Shown: positions 11,773 to 26,591, numbered from the stretch's first letter. The stretch: 64,000 nucleotides of DNA from Marsupella aquatica (GCA_973895155.1 OZ316897.1:6275327-6339326); one strand, 5' to 3'. Made by a program: numbers and translations. The notes: a model not told the origin generated them from the sequence alone.

Positions 11773-14700
11773 CCATTCACCAAGAGCGAGCTGAACGTCC
11801 GTCAGCTTACGGTTGCATTAGATTGCGTAACTAGAAACGTCATCAACGTTTTGATCCACCATAGAGCGCCGGTTCCCAATTCTGCCAACTTGAACTCCAG
11901 AGTCAATATCAGTTCCCTCCAGGTCTTTTATCGTGCCAGCATGAGTGTCTGTCAACTGGAGCCCCGCAGAACATTGATATAGGCAAGTTGAACCAAAATA
12001 CCATTAACATTCGAATGACGCCATCCCGCGTAAGACTTGTATCAAACAATTCCAGGTTGTCATTAGCTATGAATATGCTATTCCATTATGTAAGTGTCAT
12101 CACATTTCTTCTTCTCCCGTAACGGCTTCTGCATCGTGGAATCGGTTCAGCACATCAAGCGTTGGCCGCACTCTAAATTAATGTGACGAGAACAAAACGT
12201 TCGAGCTTCCTCCAGCCAAACCCTCCCATCGTTGAAACATACGCAAAAAAATCGAGTAGAGCTCACAATTGAAAACATGGAAAACAAATTCTAGAAGACG
12301 GGTTGCTCATTCGGAATCTGAGCAGGGCAAACAAAGAATTCAAACCTTGATTCTGTTATCACCTTAAACCCCACCGCGAAACCTCCTACCGCTTGTGGTT
12401 CTCAGAGTGAAGCTCTTGACGCCTATGTGGCAATGATGGTCGGTCCCGCGTGTAGCGTTAAAAAGTATCATGAGTCCAAAAACCTGGAACAGTCTTGAGG
12501 CCCGAAAGTGACTAGGTCCAGGCCGCGAGAGAAAAAACGCTCCAATGCCACACCACTCGCCAAACTCCCTCCCCCTCCGGTATCAATAACCTGTGTGGTA
12601 CTTAATTTGTCCATAGGCCGCAATCAAGAAGTTCGGGTACGCTGGAACAGTCTTCAGGCCGCGAGACAACCTCCATGGGACCAATTTTGGATCCCTTCTG
12701 TAGCCCTAGCAGCGAGTTTACGAATGGCTGTAACACGGATAAGTTGTCAACATCTCGATGCCCTACTTGAGCCGAGGCACAGCTTAGGGTTTATGTGTCG
12801 CTATATGACATATGTACAGGACACACTTCGCTTATCTCGTTTTATTAGTAATGCTTGTTACGTATTCTTATGTTAATCTAGTCTATGCTATGCTTTTATT
12901 TTGTATTTTGCTGATTAAAAAAAATCGGCCAACCATTTTAATTTTTTCAATTCCTTGTCTTTTGTTGAATATGATTGACTTTTATTAATATTGTGACACC
13001 TTATCTCTTATTCCTCCACTCTTATTCTTTATGTTACATGCACTACTTCTTCTTTTCATGAGTATTCACTAATAAGGTCCAACTCTCCAAACTCAACCAG
13101 GCAACTAGGTTATAATCCAACCATGCACTGTAGCTTATATCTCCATTGTTTAAAAAATTCCAATGCTTATGGTTTATGGTGTCACCAAAACAGAGAGCCC
13201 TTAAACTTAAATGGCTTTCAATCACATCACAAAATACTATATAGACAAGGTACACTGACTTGTACATCAACTTAATGTACTTGTCTTTCACCCATAGAGT
13301 AATGCACATTTCTGCACTTTAATGATATGTTTTTTCTTCCCTTTACTTTTGTATAATGACTGCCTTTCACCCATAGAGTACTGTGCATCTATGCACTTCA
13401 ATGGTACCTTCAATATTCTTGAATAGGATATGATCATGATAGCTTGTAAGTATTTCATAAACCTCAGTCAATGTTCTCCATAAGGCAGACTATACTTTAT
13501 TATGAATAAGTTAAATAGGTGTGTCTTAGGACGGATGTCTCAACGCCTCAATTCAAACTTATGACTATGACATTATTGGGCCTGAAAAGAATGGCCATAA
13601 CTTTTTTGTCACGCGATTGACATGGGTCTTACCACCAAAAACCTCATTGTTGGGTGCCAAAACTATCTCCTTGTATTTGAGGATCACGAAGGGATGCTCT
13701 TGTATTTGAGGATCACGAAGGGATGTTGTGGAGGCCGATAAGCACCAATTTATCCCCTTAACACCAAATTAGTTCGTGGACCCCTTGGCTAATAAAATCA
13801 GGGGGAAGAGTCGATCTGAGCCGTCTCCATTTCTTATCTCCGGAAATCTCATCCGTCCATCATAATGGCCAATCTATGGCTCAAAAGAAAGATCTCAAAT
13901 AGATCTATGGATGGGTTCTGTCCGTTTTGTAAATGGGTTAATATTTTTCAAATGAAACATTAAACAAATCCAAGCCTTCCTAGCCGTCAATTTTGTTAAT
14001 TTTATGATCTTTGCCGTCCATTTTGTAATGCTTCTAGAAATCTTATTCATCCATGTTAGAAGGCGATCTAGGGTGCAAAAGATAGATCTCAATGAGATCT
14101 ACGACTGGGTATTTTTTGTTTTGAGAATGAGTAAATAGTTTTGAGTATAAAATTCTATGAACATTCAAGATTTCAGCCATTTCTCCTCCCCGATCTTGGG
14201 TTTCTATGTGCTCTTCCCAGCATTAATGGCCATACAATACGAGAGGTCCTTACATACCGGGAGTTGCGGTTTGACATGGAAGTTATCAAGTTAGTTATTA
14301 GTCATTATTTATTATATGAAAAATATTTTTTATAAATCTTTGAATTTAAGTTTTAAAATTAGAAATGTAACTAAAACGGTTACATAGTGATAGTTTTAAC
14401 CATCTTGTTCTTTGCATTTCCATTGTTTTTACTTTTCATTTTACGGCACGGCGTCCCAAAATTTACACCCAAATTGACACAAACACGAATGAAAACTAGA
14501 AATTTGATTCACAAAACCGATCTTGTTTTAACCGTCTTGTTTGTTGCGGTTGTTGTTGATGTGGCACGCTATGGTGCCAGGAATTTTGGAAGGGACCTCT
14601 AGTGGGGTCCGTAATTATCACAGCAAAACTTTGTCACATGTCACCCAAGCTCAATCCCAAGGAACCAAGGGTGGGAATCAGATCTTGTGTTTGTGATATT

Positions 14701-15859
14701 TCTGGTGCAAAGGGTCTTCATATCAGGTCTGTATACATCGGGCCTGGCGGTACGGTACGTGTGCCTATATCTATATGTATGCTTATTACCATAGGTATGT
14801 TTCTATTCGGCCCCCAGAATGTACCCATAAACCAATGACTCCGGACTGGTTCCCGGCTTAGGGACTTCTAAGCCATCGCCCCAACGCTCTGTCATTCCAC
14901 TCGCAGCAATCAGAGCTTTGATAGTCTCCACCCAACCCACTTCAATGCACCGGTACACCTCTCAATGGTGCTACTGGTCCCATCATACACTCAAATTGCC
15001 TCACACACACACACACACACACACATGAGAGAAATTATGAGGTCTAAGAGGAAAACTAAATTAGATTCAAAGATGTGCACAATAGTTTTCTAAGAATAGT
15101 CATTTGATCTGAATAATAGGCTTGAAGGTTGTCTACTCCAATTTGCAACGTGCTTGCCATGCAAGCTCAATCTTGAACCAGAGCCCGGTTCACTCCAGAT
15201 TGCAACGGCAGATTGGATTTGAACCAATCCCGTACTTGCCTTGCAAACTCAGTCCTAAACTCAACCTCCTTCATTGCGCTTCATTCTTGGTGGCACATAC
15301 AGGTCTCACACCTCCATTTCAGAATGTCAAGTTATTCATACACACTTGACTTGACTTCAAAGCTGGTACCAAGCTTAATGGCGATCTACCCCAGACTGCA
15401 ATATATGAGGCCCGGCCTCACACTTGCCTTGCAAGCCCAGCGTTGACCATAAATCTCTTGTCCTTGCAAGATTGCAAGCTAGGGGGTGTGAGCACCAGTT
15501 GCACTGCCAGTGGGCAGTGGCCGAGTCTAAGTCTTAGTGTCAACATTCACCCAATTCTTGCATTGGTGACACTGACGTGATTCAGAATTGATGTGGACTA
15601 TGCAACAAACTGGCGATCTGTTAAGGGTGTGAGGCAGTGGTGCTTGAAACGGAGTAGTGTGAGACAATTATGCTTGTGATTGTGTTGGTGTATTTGCATT
15701 TGAGCAATCATGCATATACAAATTAGGGTGGAATCCTGATGTTGTACTAACAACAAAGAGTACTCTCAGGATATTAAGAAGAATCATAATTGTCATGCAA
15801 GTAACATAAATATCTAAATTGAAACAACATGAGCACCATACTAATGTAGAAGTTTTGAC

Positions 15860-16405
15860 TCATATCACAAAATTTGCTACCTTCAAGCGGGCCTTCAAGG
15901 ATGATGGTAGGGGAATAAGTTGGGATGAGTTTGGGTTCACGTTCGCTTGGCCATATGGCGAGACTCCCTTAGTGTCCCCTGACTCCTCTCCTGACTCCTC
16001 CAACATGACAAGGTCTATATCTTTGACTCCAACATCACCCATGACTTTTGGGGCAACATTCGGCCTTTCTCCATAAAGGGTATGCATACATTCAAAGTAT
16101 GGGCATAACTAGTTGAGCTTGTCCTCCAATGTAAGCCCCATTCTTGAATCATCGTTGGTGAGGCCTCCACCTGACTGGTACTTGATGTCTCTGGCATCCT
16201 TGTAACGCTTGACAAAACATTGAAAACATTTTCTGAAATTGGGTGCAGTAATTTCTCGTGGAAATCTGTGGTGCTGTAGTGCAGCCAAAATCTGTTGGAA
16301 GATAGTAGCCTTGCTCTCGTACTTGCCACCCACCCTCATCTTCTTCCCTGCACCATGAATGACATTGAAGTTTTCTGGCACTTCTAAGTAGGAGACAATC
16401 AACAT
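15860..16405 (-). pseudogene. PIF/Harbinger-type Myb/SANT-like accessory ORF, decayed
   Basis: IVSYLEVPENFNVIHG...FVKRYKDARD...SGGGLT.DD...GLTLEDKLN*LCPYFECMHTLYGERPN resembles Harbinger-associated Myb/SANT-like proteins; in-frame stop at ~16109. No DDE partner ORF recognised. Confidence 0.55.
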
Positions 16406-17628
16406 GTAATCTTGATCTTTAAGACGGAACTTTCAGCTGTCTCCATCCCCCCAATTGGCACTGGTCATGGAGGATTGAAGGTCCCTCTGCCCCTACCAAA
16501 TCTTGCACTACCTGAATTCACCATTGATCAATCAATCACAATGAGGCACAATGTCTTCAGAATTTGGACCAGAGGACTCAAAACCATAAAAGATTTCAAG
16601 CAAAATTGCCAAGGGTGGCTCAGAATGAGACGGTATTGGATAGCCATAGACGTCCACTGGCTTATATGTTGGAACCTGCTGGCTATCAGAAGTCATCGTT
16701 GTCCTTGGTGGATTTGTGATTGACTCTACGATTACCTTATCTTCAATGCAAAACCATATCCTGTACATCAATTCTAGAGCTTTGCAATGCTAGAATTGGG
16801 GCTGACTCTGTCAATCTATTTATTAAAAGTGAATTATTATTCAATTTATGAACATTTGGGCAACAGAAAGTGTACATTTGGCCTTCAAAAAATGTACAAT
16901 TGGGCAAGAAATAAAGTTGATGGCCATCAGATGTACCGCCATGTTCATCCTTTGTAAATGAACTAAGATGAGACTCCTTATAGTCAAGATCATTTTTGCC
17001 CCCTCAAGTTTACAATTGATCATTTAGGTGTAGAGTATTGTACCATAGTGTACCATTTGGGTTTAAAAAGTGTACATTTAGAGACCAAAAAGTGAACATT
17101 TAGAGGCCTAAAAGTGAACAAAATAAAATACATTTTTAATGAATAGGGTGCCTCCATGAAATATATACGACGCAGGAATTTGAATCGTTTGAAAGTAAGC
17201 TTTGAACATCCATCATCTTTGGGATTCAAACAATACTTTCAAACGATTCCGATGTCCTTCTTCAGGATATGGAATGAAGGGCATCGGAATGAACTGGGGG
17301 TTGAATGTCCGGGAATTGGCAAGACGTGACTTCTCCAGAGGCTGCCTAACACTCTGTTGTGCGAGAGGGAAGGTATAAGGGAGCTCAACTTTGAGCGGGT
17401 ACTAACCCATAACCAAAGCCTTACCAAGCTGGTCAAAGCTGGTACCCCACTGGTCTTATCTGTCGTTACTGGCCCCCGTAACAAGGGTTACGGGAGCAGT
17501 ATTCATCCCATAACTTTTTGTTGACACTCTACTCTGAGGTGCCCTACTGTGAAACAAATCTTCTCCTCCCCGAAGAAATAGTTATATTCACAACTCTGAA
17601 ATGCCCAATCATGAGATAGTATATATTA

Positions 17629-17872
17629 GGGTGTCTCAAAGCTTGGTTTTAACAAGATAAGGCTCTCCCATAACTCAAGTATTATAGGAACTCCCGTAAA
17701 AGTTATGGGAGCCAATCTTTGGCTACTGTAAGGAAAGCCCGCGGGCTCAACACTTAACCCATAACTCTCCCGCAACTTTAGGCGGAAATCCGGAAATCCA
17801 GGACTCCAGGACTCCAGAAAACCACAACTAAAGGCATGCGTGATTTGCTCCTGACCAAGCTTTGAGACGCCC
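17629..17872. mobile_element. MITE, probably Tourist/Harbinger-like
   Basis: TIRs GGGTGTCTCAAAGCTTGGT / ACCAAGCTTTGAGACGCCC (18/19 match), flanked by TA on both sides. Confidence 0.75.
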
Positions 17873-19009
17873 TATTACACTGCCAAAAAGACAGAAAAGC
17901 CAAATCTAGGAGACATGATCCCACAGGCAATTATGAGAACAAAAAATGTACTGAAATGACATGTGAACAGCTATAGGGTTTCACCATCCTAATTAAGTAA
18001 GTGAAAAGAAAATATGCACTGCCTAGATTGTATGAGTGGTCTCAAACCTCAAAAGTTGATGTATCTTACCTACCAGGTTAATTCAAAATTCATATCTCTT
18101 TAGTGTACATACTTTGTAATAAAAATGACACTAGTCATCCTTAATTACTGATGTTACAATGTTAAAAGAAGTTAGGGACTACCAGCTTAGATTTCATAAC
18201 TTTTTTGGCTGTAAAGAATTCTTTACAGATGCCTTGACAATAAGTAAGTTACTTAGAGGCAGGTGAGAAAATTACTGTAGAGGCCGGTGAAAAAACTTTA
18301 GGACCCTTGTGAAAAAGTTACGAAAAGAAGCTTAGCCGTAGCTTCGAGACGCCTTAGTAAGTGTGGGTGTATGGTTGCCACTGACGCAAAAGCAAGCCAA
18401 AGTTACATAAAGCACATAACATATAAGTTCGTCTTTGCTTACAGAGTGATGAACCGAAAGGAAGCGTCATTAGGTCGCGGGTTGTGTTGTACCTTGTCAA
18501 GTACATTGAGAACAGAAGTGCCGAACCAGAAGTCCACATCTTAACCATGGAATGAGAAGGAAGGCTGGAGGTTGGCTGCTCTGGTTTTCGTTCTCGTCGA
18601 ATTGAGACTTCTGGCGTAGTTGGAGTTCTCGTGCTTGGCACGGACACAGTCATTACGCAAATCATCTTCGTCGTGCGTCTGCGGTCGTCGTCTCAACTCC
18701 ATTTCGGAATGGCTCGCAATCGGGGTGCCGGTGCGTGCATTTGCGATCGTCTTTTGCCTTCCCCGTGGTTATCTCAATCCATTGTAGGCTGGAAGTGGAC
18801 GCTTGCTGCGTTTGTGCAGTTAGGGATGTGAGGCAGAAAATTATGTCTTTGGAAGGAAGCGAGCTCTCTCTGCAGTCGGGGTTGGGGATGCAATTTTGTC
18901 GTTGCTTCCAATTGACGACAACTCTTTCCCTTTCTTGAGAGTGTACGAAACATGTTGCAGTCTGAGTGTGCTTAGATTGTAGTTAGACTTGCCTAAACGA
19001 TTCAGAGAT

Positions 19010-21724
19010 ATGGTGATTCCAGATTTGAAGACTCTCGTTGCCCTAATTGAGAAGGGCGTGGGCACGAAAGAAATGCGGCTCATGGTTCGGGTGATGCGAC
19101 ATACTATGGCTATCAGGCGCCAGCTCACAGCCTCAACGTTGACAACATTTCTGCTGTCTGCTCTTCCTATGGGTTCAGATCCAATATCGATCCTGTTGCC
19201 TTATCTGACGAAGGTAAATTCGCTCGGGTTTTGACCCGATTGACTGAGCCTTTTTCACTGTTCTCTTGTGCAGCTTTAGCTTCATGTGTGTGAAAACTTA
19301 TTTCTTATGACTTCAATTGTGCTCCGTTGACAGGATGAGGACAAAGACATGGATGTTGATGTCACGTCTGTCGGTGGACAGCCCCCTACCACCAAAATTT
19401 CCTTCCTTCCCGAAGTTGAAATTTATGCCTACTTATTAACCCTAATTTTTCTTATCGACCAGAAGCAGTACGATGCGGTGAGTTTCATTTCGAATTTTAT
19501 AACAGGGTCATTCTTTTCCATTGACACCCCGCAATGTTTGGACTTATCTAGCTGAACTGAACTTACTTGAGTTTTTTGTACGTACCAGTGATCATAATTG
19601 CGGTCTTGGTGGCAAACGCTTATCAGAAATTGTAATGATTATCCTCAACCGCAGGCAAAGGAACTATCAGTCATAGCAGTCAAGAGAGTGCAAACTTTCA
19701 ATCGAAGGACCATGGATGTGTTGGCTGCAAGACTATACTTTTACTTTTCGTACAGTTTTGAGCTGGCAAACTCCCTCTCAGAGATCCGTAGGTATGCAGT
19801 GCTATGTATTTTTTCAGACAATTGTACTTTTCGTCGTTCGCTAAGTGACGTGCTCCTGTTACACGTATAGTTCAAGTTTTGAGCCAAGTGTCGATGTTCA
19901 TGGGGAATTTTATAAACGTATGGGATTGGACTCGTGGATTGGGTAGGTGTTATCTTAAAGAATCCACTAAACAATTGACTTCAGCCCCATTCTGTTTACA
20001 TCTGTCGCGTACTGATGTTCTACTGGAGAATCAATAGTCTGGATAAGTTCTGCTCTATTGGACGTTCTTGGATGGATCGTCTTACTTGCAGTGTAAGAGT
20101 GTTGAATGCGCCCGTGTATTATTCTAAGCGATTGTTCCATGGTCCTGTCTATTTATGGCTGACTCACTTTCATTCATTCTGGACTTGCGAAACTGTGAAA
20201 TAGCCACGAAGACTATAAAACTCGTGCCCGTCTTTTGGAGAGTTTAAACTGAGATGTGTTCCATGGTTTTCCTTGTTACCAGCTCTCTCCTCGCCCTACA
20301 TCGTACAGCCACTCTGCGACATGATGAACTTGGACAGGTACAACTGGCAGGAGTTCATGCGATGCTTTTTAACCCTTTACGAAGGGCAATCTGTTCGTTC
20401 TGTTGAGTATTCGGAAGATTCTACTCAGTAGATTGCTCTCTGTGTCCTTCTTGTAGGAAACTCTTCTCAATTTGCTGCTCCGAAATTATTTGTTTTACAA
20501 CCTGTACGACCAAGCTGAGAAACTACGATCCAAGACACAGCGAGTGGAGTCCCACTCAAATCAGCAGGTTCTTAAAAGTCACTTTAGACAGTAACAATGC
20601 AGCACTCGAAACTTCTCGTTTGAATGTGAATGTCACTCATCTTTGGTCATGATATCTCTTGATAGGCCATGTGTTTCTGCCATTTGGTGATCCATTTCCT
20701 GTAGAATCGATTCGATCCTTTAATCCACAACCAACTGTTATTACTGACATCCTGTCCTGTCAACTTGCAGTTGTGCCGGTACCTCTTCTATCTTGGCAGA
20801 ATAAGAACGATCCAGTTGGAGTATACAGATGCGAAAGAGTGTTTACTGCAGGCTGCAAGGAAGGCTCCTAGCACAGCACGTGGGTTCCGAATACAGTGCA
20901 ATAAATGGGCGGTCATTGTTCGACTACTTCTAGGAGAGATCCCTGAGCGCACGACCTTTATGCAACAAGGGATGCAGAAGCCTCTTCGGCCATACTTTGA
21001 ACTAACAAATGTACAATTTCGAATCTCCATGCCTTCCCATTACTCTAGTTTGCCTGTGATTTCTGATATAAGTTGACTTTAAACTGGCTCAAATAAAGGC
21101 TCCATGATCACAGCCCTGTGGAAATCAGAGAATTTTAGCGTCCATCAACCTTTCTTGTGACTTCATGCTAGCCCAATTGAGCTTCTAATTGGACCTGCTT
21201 GCATGCAGGCTGTGCGAATTGGTGACTTGGAACTGTTCAGACAAGTGGCAGACAGGAACAACGCTACATTTTCGGCTGACAAAACCCAGAATCTCATTGT
21301 GCGCTTGAGACATAATGTCATCAGGACAGGCTTGCGAAACATCAGCATTTCCTACTCTCGCATTTCTCTGGCAGATGTGGCAGCCAAGCTTCACCTGCAA
21401 TCAGCAACTGCTGTGGATGACGCTGAGAGTATTGTTACGAAGGCTATACGTGATGGTGGTATCGACGCGACTGTCGACCATGCCAATGGATGGATGCAAT
21501 CGAAGGAGACTGGTGACATATATTCTACACAAGAGCCGCAGACAGCTTTTCATTCCCGGATTGCGTTCTGCCTGAATACTCATAATGAGGCTGTAAAAGC
21601 ATTGAGATTCCCACCTGATGCTCACAAGAAGGAACTTGAGAGTGCAGAAAAAAGGCGGGAACGACAACAACAGGAGCAAGAACTAGCCAAGCATATTGCT
21701 GAGGAGGATGATGATGAGTTCTAA
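19010..21724 (+). CDS. RPN3: 26S proteasome regulatory lid subunit RPN3/PSMD3 (PCI domain)
   Basis: Exons 19010-19213, 19334-19477, 19655-19791, 20283-20337, 20457-20567, 20771-21010, 21209-21724 with GT-AG junctions. Motifs [80 protein letters not shown]. The true start may lie in a small upstream exon (~18709-18730). Confidence 0.95.
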
Positions 21725-24012
21725 TATTGGATCCTTTCGAGCATCTTCAGGGGTGGTCTGCCAAAGCCCCCGTCAAAAGCCCCTTCGATGCTCATTTTAC
21801 TAGCCGGCATACAGTCACGTTTTGGAGTTGCTTTGAACCCCACCCGTTCCCGGGATGGTGACCAGGAAATGGCACCAATTCCAGGCCCGATAAATGTTCT
21901 CCCTGCTCCCTGGTTACCTTGCTCACTCAGCCCCATGGCCATTGAGAAAGAGACTTCGCGGCATGACGCTGGTCGGCAGCGCATATTTTAGGGTCTAACG
22001 GACGTTATATCAGTCTGATGTTAATATGCGCAGTTTTGAGTGAAAGTTCGATTGGAATCTTCGATTTGACTGAAGTTTCTACGGTTAATGAAATCTCTCA
22101 AAAGGATATTTGGTTGGAATCTTTGCGTTGATTGAGTTGCAGTTATATCTCCACTACGTTTTACTGGAAATTCTTCTCCTCTGTTTCCTCCAACGTCTGC
22201 ACTTAATCCCCAGAAATTCAGCTCGGAAGCATCTAGTGTAGCACTTATTCCACAGCTCATCTATGAAAGGCCTCTAGTACTCAAGTCTCTAGGAATTTCC
22301 CGCATACAGCCAAATTTAGCCATGACACTTTTGCACGGGCTCAACCTCCCTTTTTGTTTTATAAAAAGCCGATATGAATTTAGGATTGGCAATAGGACTC
22401 CAGGATGAGCAAATGGTCAAACCTTAGATGGGCTAGACTGGAATTCGTTTGTATAACTTGCATAAACTATGGCCAGTTTGGTAATCTTACTACGCATGTG
22501 GTGTACCACTAGAGCCTGGTGGCTTTATCCCAAAATTGGGTATAGGACTAGATATGAGTATTAAATTACTTGGTCTACCCCAGTCTCTGGCTTCGGGGGG
22601 GGGGGGGGGAGGGGCAGAGATCCAAGGCCTGACTGGGACGGTCTAGTAGAGAAGATCGCGAGTGTGGTCGATTGAAGGACTGGAACTAGAAATTGAACTT
22701 GTAAAAGTAGTTGAGAATAGCAATTAACGAAGTGACAGCAGGCAACGTGCCCGAATAATAGGCGAGGACGGATAATAGTAGCGAGTTTGCATAGGCCTGA
22801 CTACACCAGAATCCTACTAACAGAAAAGCTATTGGGAAGTCGTTGAAACCGTGAAGATGCTTTCACGATTCCTATGATTGCTAATCAGTCTGTAGGTTCA
22901 TAGTACTCTTTTGCAACTGCAAAGATGAACGACTTTTACCCTGGCATTGACGAGTACCAAGTTGAATGGCATTTTATTAATGCGAATAGAAAAACGTTCA
23001 GCAGTGAGATTGGAGCGATCAGCAGACCTGCAAAGTATCTTGGGGTATCCATCCCATGCATACGTGAGCATTGAACAGAGAAATCTGGGCCGTTTGTCAA
23101 TTTTCGAATGACCCAAGCAATTCAGATTCTCCTGAAGCCACATTTTGGGGCAGTCTGCAATTGAAATTATTGGGGGACAGAATCAATCTCACAGGTAGTC
23201 CTCGCCTACTCACCGTCTCGACTTCGAAGTGAGCCTCTATTTTGGACACGGCAACTTGAAGTCTTAGGCCTCATTTCTGTAGATCTCATTGTTTAAGCCC
23301 CAAGGAGTCCAATAGCAAAAAGATTCTCGGCAATTCTCAAGGATGGTATCTACAAGGACTAGACACGTCCTCAGCAGGCAGCGCGAAAGAACAGTACATC
23401 AAAAGCGATACCTCTCGCAGTTTGGTATGTCCAGAAGCTCAGATCAACGGAGGTGCACTTCACACATATATGTCTTCAAGGATATCAAGCGAGAAGTAAG
23501 GGTTCTAATAAAAAATGGTCTACTTTGGCTTTTCATACTGTTATAGATTTTCTAGGAAAAAATAGGTAACGAACATATGGCGAATTCAGATTAAAACCTC
23601 TCCGTCTGTTAATACCTCTCTGTCTGTTTGGTACGGTTCACATGGCTCAGGGTGAAAGAAGACGGTGTGCGCGATTCACAGGGTTATTTGTTGAAGGAGA
23701 AATTTGTGAAGGAGTGATATAGCAGAAGTGTAAGGAAAGCACTCTTATGAGTGTTTTTGTAAACACTCGTAAGTCCGTGAGAATTTTCGCGTTCAAGTTG
23801 AAAATCTTGTCTTGTTGGATGATCTGGTCCGTTTTGATTGTGACCGTGATCTAATGTTTCTTGTAATATAATGACTGGCCAAGTACTATAACCATTCTAG
23901 AAAATCCCAAAAAACAAAATATAACCCCTGTACAGGATCGACCGTGAATTACAAAAATTTATAAGTCACTCTCTACAACAGTGCCTGCGATGATGGTTAA
24001 TGTCTAGCATTA

Positions 24013-24374
24013 GGGCCACTTTACAAGACGGGCGCGGCAATTTAGTTCCTCTTTTTTCATGATAGAATCAATCACAACCGTTGTTTCAGCCTGCCCGGGC
24101 GCTCCTTACTTTAGAAAACTGGCGCGGCAAGTTGAGCTGCGGGAATAACCGAACCTGCATTCTGGTATGGATCAGCTCTGGCCAGCCGGCTTGGGACTCT
24201 CATCCGGGCGCTAGACTATTGGACCTCTGGAGGTGCGAAAATGGGCAGCCCGCTTCCTCCTAGGATTCCTGCCTTGGATTGGTCTAGAGTCCTACCGTAC
24301 CACTAAGAGTTGGGCTCTGTTACAGCCCTGGTAGAAAGCACTCAAATTGCCGCGCCCGTCTTGTAAAGTGGCCC
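24013..24374. mobile_element. 362-bp MITE with perfect 31-bp TIRs (PIF/Harbinger-like)
   Basis: GGGCCACTTTACAAGACGGGCGCGGCAATTT inverted at both ends; flanks TTA and TAA. Confidence 0.88.
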
Positions 24375-26296
24375 TAAGTACAAAGGTGGCAGTGATTTGA
24401 AGAGCTTTACTGGAACTGTTTCATAATTTGATTTTCCGGTGTCTTTGAGTAAATCCGTGCTTGATTTTGTACTAAAACAGTTTCCTTTCTTGAATAGGAA
24501 CTCATTCGTAATGGAAAATTAAAGTTGAAAAGTCATATTTCCCGTGTGATTGCCCAACATTCTGCAAGTTCTAGACAATCTTCGCATGAAACGGATTTGC
24601 TAGACCATGGATTTTCCACTGCCCGTATCCAACCCAGTAGATCTTATGAATTTTTTACAATAGCCTACTGGTTGGATAATGGGTGCCGTCACTGCGGAAC
24701 ATTCTCAAGGCAAACTAAAGCAGGATAAGTTGTGGAATCCCGGGAAACTGGTTGGTGCTGAAGTCTGGTACGTCGGAGATGATTGATCAACCTAGTTGGA
24801 AGTTAAGATCTTTTATTTGATAAACCACACTGAGGCGGATCCTAACTAATGTAGCTGTTATCATTTGACTAAAGTTTGATGAATTTTTTCTCCAAGCTGG
24901 TTCTTGTCTTCTACAATTCACTACGGTGAGTTTTGGAAGTTGAGAAGGGATTTATGCTTGCTTTCCGTCATCTGTCCGATGAACAAGTGGATGTTGTGAG
25001 GGGCAGCAGGTCGGGAAGATATTCTACAAACTAGTAGTGTTACATAGCACTGAGCGGCGTACTGAAGATCTTGCAAAAGGTTTGGACTTCTCTCTGTAGC
25101 GTACAACACCTGCTCGGTTATGATTGTGTAACTCTGTTGGACAAACATATCAACTTAGGATTCTTGTTCATGTTCTTGGCCCACACAATAATGCATCGTA
25201 TAGACGGCAACTAGATTTGTCACTGTAGCCAACCGCCGGCCAGCTCACAAAACAAATACGTGTACATGGACTGTGGTTTGCGATCGCGTGTTACGGTTGG
25301 CGGCCAGTCATTTGCTCGACAAGTTACTATTCTCCCGCTCGAGTGTATCCCGCAGCTTCACCGGGACATCCCAGTTGTCAGGAAGCGACGTGCAGCATCT
25401 CTAGCCGCACAGGGCAATGGTCAAGAGTGGGGGGGCGGGGGGGTGGGGGGGGGGAGGGGAGGGGTTGCGGGGGGGTGAATTTGGGGGATAATTTACTCTG
25501 TATTCGGGGGCGCCAGTATGTATTGCTTATGGGGAGGAATGGCATATGCAATAGGGCATGTCAAAGTCATAAATGAATATTGGCAAGACCATAAAACTGT
25601 TTTATGGCCAGGAAGTGGCCTACCTAAATACAAGCCTTATAATAATTTAGGTTTAAAAAAATTCAGCCCATAACACTATTGTTTAGTGGAGAACTTTGAC
25701 ACCTAATGGGGCGCTGCAGGAGACAGTTGCTCTTTCATGCATTTTTTGGGGTCCAACAATGGATCTAGTGGAATTGGTATGTGGATGACACATACACAAT
25801 ACGCCCTGAAAACATGGGACAGCACGGTACCATAAACATATACATATATTATATGGACTACATAATTTGACGGTGGACAATCTAATGTGCGCACTTTATG
25901 GCAGCAATGGGAATCGCACTTATTTGTAATAGTTTTATCCCTTCAGATAGAAGTGGCTAAACATCCATCTCCATTGCTTAACATCGAGACTCAGATTTGT
26001 AGATCAACGGTGATCTACAAATCTAAAAAATCAAAGGTATAATGGAGAATACAGTGAAGCTCTTGTGCAATCTCCCTTATATCTAGCTTTCAATCAGTTC
26101 TTCAAAGTTAGTGAATGAAGCTCCCATAGTCATAACACTCCAGACCACCAGAAGGCAAACACACCTGAAGTGTTATGAATTGAGTTTAAGCATCTCAGCC
26201 CGCAAAGAAGATGACAAATTATTGTGGGCAAGGTGGATGGAAGACCTTCCTTGGCACTTATCCTTCAAGATTACTTGTTCATGAAGTCATGATTAG

Positions 26297-26591
26297 CTTG
26301 AGGGTTTCACTTCTACAAAAATGACATATCATGTACAACGAAGGATAGGATAATTTTATTGGTTTTAAGGGAAGACTTAAGAATTTTATGAGAAAAACAA
26401 CAGGGTCTTTTAAATTCAATTTTGAGACTTATAAGTACATTAGGGTATTTTTAATCAAATTTTTGGAGTATTCCAAGAATAGTTCAATTTTATAGGAGTC
26501 AAAAAATATTTTTTTTCTTACAATTTAGGGGGTCTGAGGCCTAATTATGTCGCAGGTGATGGGGAGGCCCCCATAGAGTGAGACCCCCGAG
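26297..26591. mobile_element. 295-bp MITE of the P-like family, copy 2 (inverted relative to copy 1)
   Basis: Reverse complement aligns end to end with 3441-3736 (roughly 85-90% identity by eye); TSD ATGATTAG (26289-26296) / ATGTTTAG (26592-26599). Confidence 0.92.

Noticed and set aside
13795-14603. Possible Helitron (GCCGTCCAT-type motifs, TGGCAC...GTGCCA hairpin, CTAG|T)
   Set aside because: Hairpin-to-CTAG spacing is atypical, the 5' end is ambiguous and there is no second copy to confirm it.
25428-25476. G-run cluster (also poly-G near 22595, poly-C near 45142 and (CA)n near 15002)
   Set aside because: Simple-sequence tracts; G-quadruplex potential alone is not evidence of function.
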